IMG/VR virus record: IMGVR_UViG_3300036806_000045
Span: 1-61,059 of that record
Strand: one strand, 5' to 3'
Length of the DNA: 61,059 bases
Source: a virus
Lineage: Duplodnaviria > Caudoviricetes
A program made the position numbers and the translations under genes. The notes under the pieces are model-generated. The model was given only the letters and a program-made list of their open reading frames with translations, did no database searches and had not been told where the DNA came from. This document shows positions 53,636-61,059 of this stretch, piece by piece; position 1 is the first letter of the stretch; every line of letters begins with the position of its first letter.

Positions 53636-55153
53636 TCACGTGGTCTGGATGAACTGGATTAACGCCGCGATTTGCACAACGTTGTCACTGAAGTTGATGG
53701 GCAGATATAGCAAGACCTGCCCCTTCTGGCCCTTCGCGCCGTAGCCGTTTTTCGCGAAGCTCTGCACATCTTGCACGATGAATTGCGTGGCAAGATAGGC
53801 ATAGATCGCAACGGCCGCCTGAAACACGAGGCTCGGTGTGGTGGCTGGTGCACCGGGCGGGATCGGCGTTCCGTCTTCGACTAGTATTTTGCCGGCCGAG
53901 ATGAACTGGCTGGTCAGCTGCGCCTTCAGATACCGCGCGGCATACATGCCCTGGAAAAGCAGATTTGTGGACAGGTAACTGTTGTCCGGCTGATCCGATG
54001 CATTGGTCTGATACATCGTGATCGAGCGATCGATGTGGCAGACGGACGCGTGGTCCACTGTGAAGGTGGCGATGCCATCATACAGCAGCGTATTGCGACT
54101 GCTCGGCACGTCGCGATCGGACACCGGCGGCGCCAGAAGATTGAGCGCCATGTCGGTCACGCCGAGAGCCGGATTGACCTTCAGGCGGATTGCATGCGCA
54201 CCGGCCCAGTCTGCGCTTTCGAGCCATGCTGGGGTCGGCGAGTTGTAGAATCCGAGACATGAGACATGTTGGCTGTTGCGCCCCGTGCCGAACGTGGCGC
54301 GCGCGCTGACCGTGCCCCGATATGCCGTGAAGGCGTGGCCATAGAGCATCTGGATCGCTGCCCAGCGGCCAGCCTGGTCATTCAGGAAGGCTTCGATCGC
54401 CGTCATGCTGGTGGCGTCGGTGTAGGGGAACGCTATGAAGTCGAATGTGGTGTCGGCGAGGTTGGCGAGGCCGGTGGTGAGCACCGGGTTCGTCGCGCCG
54501 CCGGAGACGGCCGTGATCGTGATGCCTACGCCGGCGGGCGTGACTTCGCCATTCTGCGGGCCAAGGTAATTGACGCGCAGGTCGATGTCGCCGGCCGCCA
54601 GGCCCTTGTGATTCGCCGTCACGTCGACCTGGTAGTTATGCGTGCCGTCGACCGCTGCCGTCGCGCAGACGCCCACGGCCGCATTGATGGCCGCCGTGAC
54701 GTTGGTGGCGATCGTCGCCGCTGTGTCGGCGCTGGCCACGGCCACGGGGACAGAAACGCCCATGACGTAGAGCGCGATCGTGCCGGCAGCCGTCGCTGGC
54801 CCGGTGAACGAAAGGTTCCCTGTGCCCGCCGTCCCGCCGCCGTTGTCGGAGAGCGGCAGGATCCAGCATTCGCCGTACGGGTCCTGCAACCGGTACTGCG
54901 CATACATCAGTGCCAGCATCGAATCCACGCCGGCCAACAGGTTCACCTGTGTCTGCGAGTAGGCCAGCACCGGAGCGTTTGCCACGGCCGTGCCCGAACT
55001 CAGGATCTGGCCGACGATCAGGGACCGCTGCTGCTCAAGCGCCGTGTTCGCCTGCGACGGATCGAACTCGGCATAGAAGCCGCTCGGGCGCCACGTCGAC
55101 GCCGGGAAATACCGGAAATTCAGCGTCGCCTCGCCTGACTGCGAACCGGACAT
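53636..55153 (-). CDS. Contractile tail sheath protein (Mu gpL-like)
   Basis: FYAEFDPSQA, SMLALM, PYTD, RNTLLYDGIAT and ITMYQTN...DNSYL. Confidence 0.95.
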   Translation of the reverse strand: MSGSQSGEATLNFRYFPASTWRPSGFYAEFDPSQANTALEQQRSLIVGQILSSGTAVANAPVLAYSQTQVNLLAGVDSMLALMYAQYRLQDPYGECWILPLSDNGGGTAGTGNLSFTGPATAAGTIALYVMGVSVPVAVASADTAATIATNVTAAINAAVGVCATAAVDGTHNYQVDVTANHKGLAAGDIDLRVNYLGPQNGEVTPAGVGITITAVSGGATNPVLTTGLANLADTTFDFIAFPYTDATSMTAIEAFLNDQAGRWAAIQMLYGHAFTAYRGTVSARATFGTGRNSQHVSCLGFYNSPTPAWLESADWAGAHAIRLKVNPALGVTDMALNLLAPPVSDRDVPSSRNTLLYDGIATFTVDHASVCHIDRSITMYQTNASDQPDNSYLSTNLLFQGMYAARYLKAQLTSQFISAGKILVEDGTPIPPGAPATTPSLVFQAAVAIYAYLATQFIVQDVQSFAKNGYGAKGQKGQVLLYLPINFSDNVVQIAALIQFIQTT

Positions 55154-55157
55154 CTCG

Positions 55158-55373
55158 TTACTCCTGCTGGGCCGGCGCGGGCTGCGCCTCGGTCGGCGAC
55201 GCTGGGATCACATCGCCGTCGCGAAGCCGGAGCTGCCAGTACTGGTTGTCCGGCACGTTTCCACCGGTCGGCGGCAACACACGTCGCAGCGCAGCGGGAT
55301 CGCGCACGATGAGATGGTCCGGCCACCCGTCGGCACGTTCGGCCGCCGTGGTCTCGCGAGGCTTGACGAACAT
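55158..55373 (-). CDS. DUF2635 (Mu gp38-like) protein
   Basis: MFVKP...VRDP...LP..G..V....YW..RLRDGDV. Confidence 0.85.
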   Translation of the reverse strand: MFVKPRETTAAERADGWPDHLIVRDPAALRRVLPPTGGNVPDNQYWQLRLRDGDVIPASPTEAQPAPAQQE

Positions 55374-55377
55374 GGTG

Positions 55378-55950
55378 CTACTCCGTGGGGAGATCGACTT
55401 CGAAGATAATCGGCGGTGTGTAAGGCCCGTCGCCTGGGATCGTGCCGCGCAGACTGATCGGGGCATCGCCGGAAAGCGGGAAGCCGTCACCGTCGGTGAG
55501 TTGGATCACCAGCGTGTATTCGAACTGCCAGAACAGCCGCGCACGATCGAAGTCGATCAGTCTGCCGCCGCCATATCGTAGGCCGTTCGTGGAACGAAAG
55601 GTGTCGGGGTTCCAATTCAATATTGCGCCGTGCAGAGCGTACCGCATCGCCTGCACCTGATCGACACCGGCCTGCCCGCGGCGATCGGCCTTTGCGTCGA
55701 ACTCCACGATGATGCCGATACGCTCGGTCACCATCTGGTTGAGCTGCGGCCCCATCAACGGATCGAGGTCCTGGGCTTCGTCGTCGAGCGGAATCACGAT
55801 GGCGGATGGATAGGCCAGGCCGCCGGTGGCTGGATCGGTGAACGCCACGATGCTCTGCACACCGGTATCGAAGTCTGCCGCGCCACCGACGCGACCGCCG
55901 AGCGGCTCGCAGTAGGCTCGTATTTGCGTGATCACCGTGTCGATGTTCAT
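55378..55950 (-). CDS. Tail terminator/completion protein
   Basis: GRVGGAADF, DRRGQ, ILNWNP and RARLFWQFEY. Confidence 0.75.
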   Translation of the reverse strand: MNIDTVITQIRAYCEPLGGRVGGAADFDTGVQSIVAFTDPATGGLAYPSAIVIPLDDEAQDLDPLMGPQLNQMVTERIGIIVEFDAKADRRGQAGVDQVQAMRYALHGAILNWNPDTFRSTNGLRYGGGRLIDFDRARLFWQFEYTLVIQLTDGDGFPLSGDAPISLRGTIPGDGPYTPPIIFEVDLPTE

Positions 55951-56477
55951 GGCTTCCCGCGGCGAAACGCGACGCCTTGCGTGACCGAATCCTGAATGCG
56001 CCGTTCCAGATCTGCGCCGGTCACATCGGACAGCGCTCGCGACAGGAATGGATGCGGCGGAACGTTGCGCGTGCCGACAATGGCAGTGCGGATGCTCTTG
56101 CCACCGAATTTCGTGCGCGGGTTGCGCAGACCTTTGCCACCCCGCCTGCCTGGGCTTTTGCCGCCATGCGTGCCACTTTCGAGAAACAGCGCATAGAAGG
56201 CCACGTCCCGGATACTCACACCGTCACCATCGCGGAACGGACGCACCTTGATCGAGTTGGCCAGCGTCCCCGTGCGGCTGATTGGCGGCATCCCTGGCGC
56301 CGAGGTCCTCTTGTTCTTTCCTCTCGAGCGCTGTGCGATCAGCGCCTTTGCACGAGCGGCGACTTCGGCACCGGCCTTGCGCAGTAATGCACGCAGCGGC
56401 CCCTTGCCATAGACCAGCGTCAGGCCTGCGGGGATGGTGACCTTCAGCCGGATCACGACCGGCGCTCCATCTCGCAA
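55947..56477 (-). CDS. HK97 gp10-like neck protein
   Basis: SAPGMPP..RTGTLANSI, YALFLESGT and PHPFL. Confidence 0.82.
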   Translation of the reverse strand: MRDGAPVVIRLKVTIPAGLTLVYGKGPLRALLRKAGAEVAARAKALIAQRSRGKNKRTSAPGMPPISRTGTLANSIKVRPFRDGDGVSIRDVAFYALFLESGTHGGKSPGRRGGKGLRNPRTKFGGKSIRTAIVGTRNVPPHPFLSRALSDVTGADLERRIQDSVTQGVAFRRGKP

Positions 56478-56836
56478 TCCATGTCTAGGAACCGATTTCT
56501 CGGGATCACCATCAGCCGGCGAATGCGGAGCACGTCGCGCTGGATTGAACTATCCGGCAGGCGGTGGTCCCGGAGGATCACATACGTCGTGTCAAGCCAG
56601 GCCAGGAACCGGATCACCACACGATGTGTGACCGGCGTATCGACCTGTTCCGCCGCATAGAAGGTCTGCCGATAAAGGTCCTCGATACTGGCCCAGACGA
56701 ACACACCACCGACGATCGGCTCCAGGATTGACGTGCTGTTTGGATCCGGAACGTTCTGCCGCTTGGCCAGGATTACCGGCGTATCGAGGCGTCCGACGGC
56801 GAATCCGTCTCGCTCACGGGAAAAGGCGAGAGGCAT
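56453..56836 (-). CDS. Head closure protein (SPP1 gp16-like)
   Basis: GRLDTPV, VWASIE and THRVVIR. Confidence 0.75.
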   Translation of the reverse strand: MPLAFSRERDGFAVGRLDTPVILAKRQNVPDPNSTSILEPIVGGVFVWASIEDLYRQTFYAAEQVDTPVTHRVVIRFLAWLDTTYVILRDHRLPDSSIQRDVLRIRRLMVIPRNRFLDMDCEMERRS

Positions 56837-56838
56837 CG

Positions 56839-57483
56839 TCAGCCGCCGCCGAAGAATGCGATGCGATATGGCGCCAGCAGATATTCCATGGCTTTTGGCG
56901 GGTCGGCTGCGGCTTCCGCGACGTCGCCGCGGTGCTCATAGAGCCATGAAACCATCAGCTTGATTGCCAGCAGGATTGGCACCGGGATCTGATCTGGCGC
57001 AACGTATCCCGCAGTGAACGTCACCTGGATATGCTGCAAAAACCGAGGAACCGTGATCCAGTTCAATCGAAGTCGCGCCGGATCGAGCGTGAGATCGGCA
57101 ATCCAGTCCCCGGCGGTCAGCGTGTGGGTTGTGCCGTCGGTATCCGTTTCGGTGACCGACACGATCGATTGGACCGGTGAACGCGGCAGTTCGAGCGGCT
57201 TATTCATGACCTGCGGGGCTGTCATGATGACCGGAAGCACCAGCAGAGGCATCGGCAACAGCGGCAACGCTCCCGTCGGCGGATCTTGGCTCATGGTCCA
57301 AAGCAAGGTCTGCAGCATGAGCGCGCGACCGAGGTAGCTTTCCGCCCACCACCGAGCCGCGGTGATCATGCCGCCGATCAGCGCATCATCCACGTCCTGG
57401 GTGATACGCAGCTGCGCTTTCATCTCGACCAGACTGACCGGCTCGGTCGCGGGAGGCGTGACGACGCGGAGCGACGAGTACAT
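56839..57483 (-). CDS. Head-tail connector (HK97 gp6-like)
   Basis: EPVSLVEMKAQLRI, FTAGY, AIKLMVSWLYEHR and LLAPYR. Confidence 0.9.
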   Translation of the reverse strand: MYSSLRVVTPPATEPVSLVEMKAQLRITQDVDDALIGGMITAARWWAESYLGRALMLQTLLWTMSQDPPTGALPLLPMPLLVLPVIMTAPQVMNKPLELPRSPVQSIVSVTETDTDGTTHTLTAGDWIADLTLDPARLRLNWITVPRFLQHIQVTFTAGYVAPDQIPVPILLAIKLMVSWLYEHRGDVAEAAADPPKAMEYLLAPYRIAFFGGG

Positions 57484-57511
57484 GCCTTACCCCGCGGCGC
57501 GTTGGAATATG

Positions 57512-57919
57512 TCAGGCGCCTCGCGCGGACGCGGGGGCGCGGCGGCCGTCCTGCGGTGCGGGAATGGCGCCGGCGGCGATCAGCTGCTGCTCCAGGGCAT
57601 CGGCAGCATGCAAGGCCGCTGACGCCTGCGACAGCGTCTCGGCAGCGGCAGCGGCGGCGCCAGGCTCGTTGGCTATGGCCTTTGCCTGACGCTGTGCATT
57701 GGTCACTGCGGCGCGAATGTCGGCAATCTTCCGCTGCGCGTCGGTCACAATGACACCAGGGTCGATCCTGGGCACGTTTTCGGTCACCATCCTCGCGAAA
57801 CCGCGCTGCACGAAGTCGCGCGCCATTTCGGGGGCAAAGCCGGCCTTATCGCCGGTGTAATAGTTCGCGCCGGGTTTGATGAACTCGACGACTGACACCA
57901 TTTCCATGAAGGAACTCAC
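57512..57919 (-). CDS. Small head-associated protein (hypothetical)
   Basis: YYTGDKAGF...ARDFVQRGFA; lies before the connector. Confidence 0.55.
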   Translation of the reverse strand: MSSFMEMVSVVEFIKPGANYYTGDKAGFAPEMARDFVQRGFARMVTENVPRIDPGVIVTDAQRKIADIRAAVTNAQRQAKAIANEPGAAAAAAETLSQASAALHAADALEQQLIAAGAIPAPQDGRRAPASARGA

Positions 57920-58674
57920 TCGGTTGGAGTTGAGGAGAAAAGATCGCTCACACGGCCGCCATATTCATGCGGCCCAGTGTGTCCGAGGGCGATTTCGGGG
58001 TCGATCCACACGGAACCGCCCAAAGCACGCCACGCCTGGCAGAAACCGAAGTCCTCGCCGGGCTCGTTGGGGTCCTCGGCGTCGAAAACGAAAAATCGGT
58101 GGTAGTGATTGCGCGCGGCTTCGGTCAGAGAGCCAGGTCCGCGCCGTTTCCACTCGGGATGCGCCTCGATCAGCGCCTCGAACACCCCGCGCTCTATTTT
58201 CAGGAAGCCGGTGCCAATGGCATCGACCAAAATTGCCCCCATTTCGTCCTGAACGATGTCAGGCTTGAATCGGGCGCACCAAACGCGCGGATCGGTGTTC
58301 GGTTCGGGGCATTTTTTGCGTCCAACGCCACCAATGACCTGCCGCTCCGACGCCAGAAGCCAGGAAACGGCTGATTTTTCCCATTTCATGTCGGAATCGA
58401 TGAAGATCAGGTCTGTGCAGTCTGATCCCAGGAATTCCGCGACCAACTCGTTGCGCGCTTTCGGCAAATTCGAGTTTCCGACCACGAACAGATGGCGGCA
58501 AACACGGCCGATGCCGATGCGCTCCATCTCGATCACGGTGCTGCACATCGAAACCGTGTAGCAGAGCGATGTATCCCGATAGACTGGAGTGGCGAAGAAG
58601 GGGCGGCGCGATCGGATCCGATCGATACGCTCCTCAATACCAACGAACCCGTTGCTTAGCGTGCTATCCAGCAT
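57916..58674 (-). CDS. GT-A fold glycosyltransferase
   Basis: FATPVY, NLPKARNELV, LIFIDSD (DxD), GTGFLKIER, GEDFGFC and LGHTG. Confidence 0.82.
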   Translation of the reverse strand: MLDSTLSNGFVGIEERIDRIRSRRPFFATPVYRDTSLCYTVSMCSTVIEMERIGIGRVCRHLFVVGNSNLPKARNELVAEFLGSDCTDLIFIDSDMKWEKSAVSWLLASERQVIGGVGRKKCPEPNTDPRVWCARFKPDIVQDEMGAILVDAIGTGFLKIERGVFEALIEAHPEWKRRGPGSLTEAARNHYHRFFVFDAEDPNEPGEDFGFCQAWRALGGSVWIDPEIALGHTGPHEYGGRVSDLFSSTPTE

Positions 58675-58680
58675 GGGTCC

Positions 58681-59094
58681 TCACTGGTACGGCTGGATCA
58701 GATCGGCAGCAATGTCGGCCGAGAACGTCGTGCCGCCCGCATAGGTTCCGGTCGACGTGTATTTGCCGCGGAGCCATGTGCCGACGATGCCATCTTGCGC
58801 TGTGTTCGCAGTCATCGAACCATCGGTCGGTGTGACTTGCGTTGTCACGGCGGTTACGGACGAAAGATTGATCAGCCGGCGAAGGCTAGCGGTCGTTGCG
58901 TGGAAATTAGCAATGTCCGTCCACGTCACGCCTTTGTCGATGCTAGTCTGCAAGTAGAAGTCGAACGTCGTGCCTCCCGAGCCGTAGACGAGATTAAACT
59001 GCGCTACGATGCTTCGCGGGCGCCCGGTCAGTTGGATGGCCGGCGTGACGAGGGCCGTTACAGCCCCCGTCAGCGTCAGAGACAGGACGTTCAT
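58681..59094 (-). CDS. Putative capsid accessory beta-sandwich protein
   Basis: YLQTSIDKGVTWTDIA; Thr-rich; downstream of the capsid gene. Confidence 0.5.
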   Translation of the reverse strand: MNVLSLTLTGAVTALVTPAIQLTGRPRSIVAQFNLVYGSGGTTFDFYLQTSIDKGVTWTDIANFHATTASLRRLINLSSVTAVTTQVTPTDGSMTANTAQDGIVGTWLRGKYTSTGTYAGGTTFSADIAADLIQPYQ

Positions 59095-59099
59095 CGATC

Positions 59100-59576
59100 T
59101 TACGTCGGCGCCGGTACTTCGTCGAAGCCGCTCAACACGGCAACGCCCATGCCGACGGCAGTATCGGTGCCGGCCCGCGAAAGGTCCGGCGTGAATAGCA
59201 TGCGCACATACTGCCGCGCCGAACGCAGGCTCACGCCGAGTGTCGCCTGGCCGTAAACTTCGCCGCCGCCCGATGGACCGGTGGCGATGATGGCGCTGGC
59301 GAGCGTGGCATAAGCCGACCAGGAAGCGCTATCTGCACTGTCCTGAACGGTGATGCCGACGGAGAGAGATGACCCGCTGGCCAAGGTGGCATCAAACGCC
59401 GCGATGAACTGCGCGGTCAGCGGAACGTCGGATCCGCTGAAGCTCAACCGATCGATCGTGATGCCGGTCACGGTCGTGGCGTCGCCTGATCCAGCAGCAG
59501 TCAGCGCCGAAGATTTCACTGCCGTCACTGACTTCACCAGCGAGGCAATGTCGAGTTGATTCACGATACCCGTCAT
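59100..59576 (-). CDS. Putative capsid decoration/cement protein
   Basis: ITVQDSAD..W...RQYVR; immediately after the capsid gene. Confidence 0.6.
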   Translation of the reverse strand: MTGIVNQLDIASLVKSVTAVKSSALTAAGSGDATTVTGITIDRLSFSGSDVPLTAQFIAAFDATLASGSSLSVGITVQDSADSASWSAYATLASAIIATGPSGGGEVYGQATLGVSLRSARQYVRMLFTPDLSRAGTDTAVGMGVAVLSGFDEVPAPT

Positions 59577-59617
59577 TTGGAGTACCCCTATTCAGAGTGG
59601 ATGGAGGCCGGTCAGCG

Positions 59618-61059
59618 TTAGCTGATGGCCGGCGCCCAGCGCACGCCAGTCGCGACGGCAACCGCCTCGTCGTGGCGCATGTGGAAATCGTGCTCCGCAA
59701 TGCCGCGGATCAGGGTCTGATCCGACTGGAACACCGACACCGTGTTGGAATTCGCGTCCACATAGGTGCCTTCACGCGAGACTGCCAGTTCGAGGCGCAT
59801 GCTGTCGAACAACATAGCCTGCCCCATCGCGACCGCATAGATTTCCGAGCAGTCGGAATTGCTGCTGACGGTCAGGTTGATCGGGATTTGCGTGGTAGTC
59901 TTCCACGGCCAGCCAAGGAGCGTCTTCGAAGACGTCATCTCCTCACGGTACACGTAGAAGCCATTGCTGTTCTGCACGTTGAGGAGATAATTCTTCGTGC
60001 GCGGGTGCATGAACCACACGATCTTGTCCATCGGGACATTCGCGGTCTCAATCTTGTTGATCAGACCGCCAAGCTCCGACGCCGCCGTTGCCAGCGTGTA
60101 GCTCGCGTTTGACGTGATGATGTTGCCTGATAAACAGAAGGTCCGGAACCCTTTCGGGCTGTCCGCCGTGCCATCGCCGCGGATGAACGCCAGGTCCTCG
60201 CGGCGGGCGATCACCGCCGCCAGATCATCGCGCACCAGGGCGTCGACGGCCGGATCGGAATAGCGGATCAGGTCGTTCGTGACCGGGGTGAGCGCCGTCA
60301 GCTTGCGATAGGTCGCCACGACCTGACCAACCGACTGCTGACTGACCGGGATTGCCGTGCTCTCGCCGCCGTAGCTCGCGGTCGCTGCCTGCGTCTGGCG
60401 GGGCATATTCATCGTGCCGCGCGGCATCTCGATCATGCGAGGCCCGCTGTCGCGGACCACGGCCATGGGTCGCAGGACCTCGATCAGTTCCGCCACATAG
60501 TCCGGCGGAACGATAAAGCCGCCCGAGGCGCCTATTGCCAGGTTCATGGCACGTTGATCTGGCGCGGCGCCGGACCAACCGCGAGTGCCGTGCAGCACTT
60601 CGGTCACGGGATGCCGTTCGCCGAGAATTTCAGTCGCAGCTGAGCGGGCCGCATAGATGTTGCCGCCGCCCGCCGCCAGCATGCGGCAGATTGCGCCAAT
60701 CACCAGAGACGGCTGCGTCTCATGGTCCGGCTTGCGTGACCGGGCTTCCGAGCGCTGCGCGGCTGGCTTGCGACTGCGGTCCGTGTCCGCGTCGCTATCG
60801 ACCGGCTGGGCCAAGTCCTTCTCGATGCCGATCGCGTCCTCGGCGCGTGTTATACGCGCGTCGTGATCGCGCAGCGTCTCCTCGTGTTCGCCGAGCGAAT
60901 CGTACAACTCGTCGAGCTTGGTACGATCCTCCGCCGGCATATCTTCGCCGTTGGCATCACGCTTCGCGAGGGGAAGAAGTTCCGTCTTGATCGTGCGCAC
61001 CTTGGTCACAAGCGCGGCGCGGTCGCGCTTCAGCGTTGCGACACTGAGTCGCAGATCAC
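59618..61059 (-). CDS. HK97-fold major capsid protein (3' part; start codon at 137 across the origin)
   Basis: GGFIVPPDY, EDLAFIRGDG...PKG, WFMHP, LLGWP and FQSDQTLIR. Confidence 0.96.
   Translation of the reverse strand, partial: DLRLSVATLKRDRAALVTKVRTIKTELLPLAKRDANGEDMPAEDRTKLDELYDSLGEHEETLRDHDARITRAEDAIGIEKDLAQPVDSDADTDRSRKPAAQRSEARSRKPDHETQPSLVIGAICRMLAAGGGNIYAARSAATEILGERHPVTEVLHGTRGWSGAAPDQRAMNLAIGASGGFIVPPDYVAELIEVLRPMAVVRDSGPRMIEMPRGTMNMPRQTQAATASYGGESTAIPVSQQSVGQVVATYRKLTALTPVTNDLIRYSDPAVDALVRDDLAAVIARREDLAFIRGDGTADSPKGFRTFCLSGNIITSNASYTLATAASELGGLINKIETANVPMDKIVWFMHPRTKNYLLNVQNSNGFYVYREEMTSSKTLLGWPWKTTTQIPINLTVSSNSDCSEIYAVAMGQAMLFDSMRLELAVSREGTYVDANSNTVSVFQSDQTLIRGIAEHDFHMRHDEAVAVATGVRWAPAIS
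60933..61059. repeat. Terminal direct repeat, right copy
   Basis: Identical to bases 1-127. Confidence 0.97.

Overview
This window is the complete, circularly closed genome (about 60,932 bp plus a 127-bp terminal overlap) of a temperate tailed phage, most likely infecting an alphaproteobacterium (it carries GcrA-like and GapR-like genes). It pairs an HK97-type head and packaging module (HNH, TerS, TerL, portal, protease, capsid) with a Mu-like contractile tail, a large tail-fibre/accessory block and a lysis-like cassette. It also has a lambdoid cI/cro switch with four GTCAAG-N5-CTTGAC operators, replication genes (DUF1376 plus primase-helicase), a YqaJ recombination module, and xis/int with a candidate attP. 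The most unusual element is at 23887-26884. A Hin/Gin-like small serine recombinase is transcribed divergently from an RHH gene and a tandem array of eight unrelated small ORFs. Every junction of that array carries the same short motif, stop-(AA)-CCCC-GG-TGAGTGAG-ATG, giving an integron-like cassette architecture with a serine rather than a tyrosine recombinase. The second highlight is three glycosyltransferase-like genes inside the virion operon plus an Stf0-like sulfotransferase beside the tail fibres, which suggests glycosylation and possibly sulfation of the virion or cell surface. All product calls come from motif recognition by eye; no searches were run.
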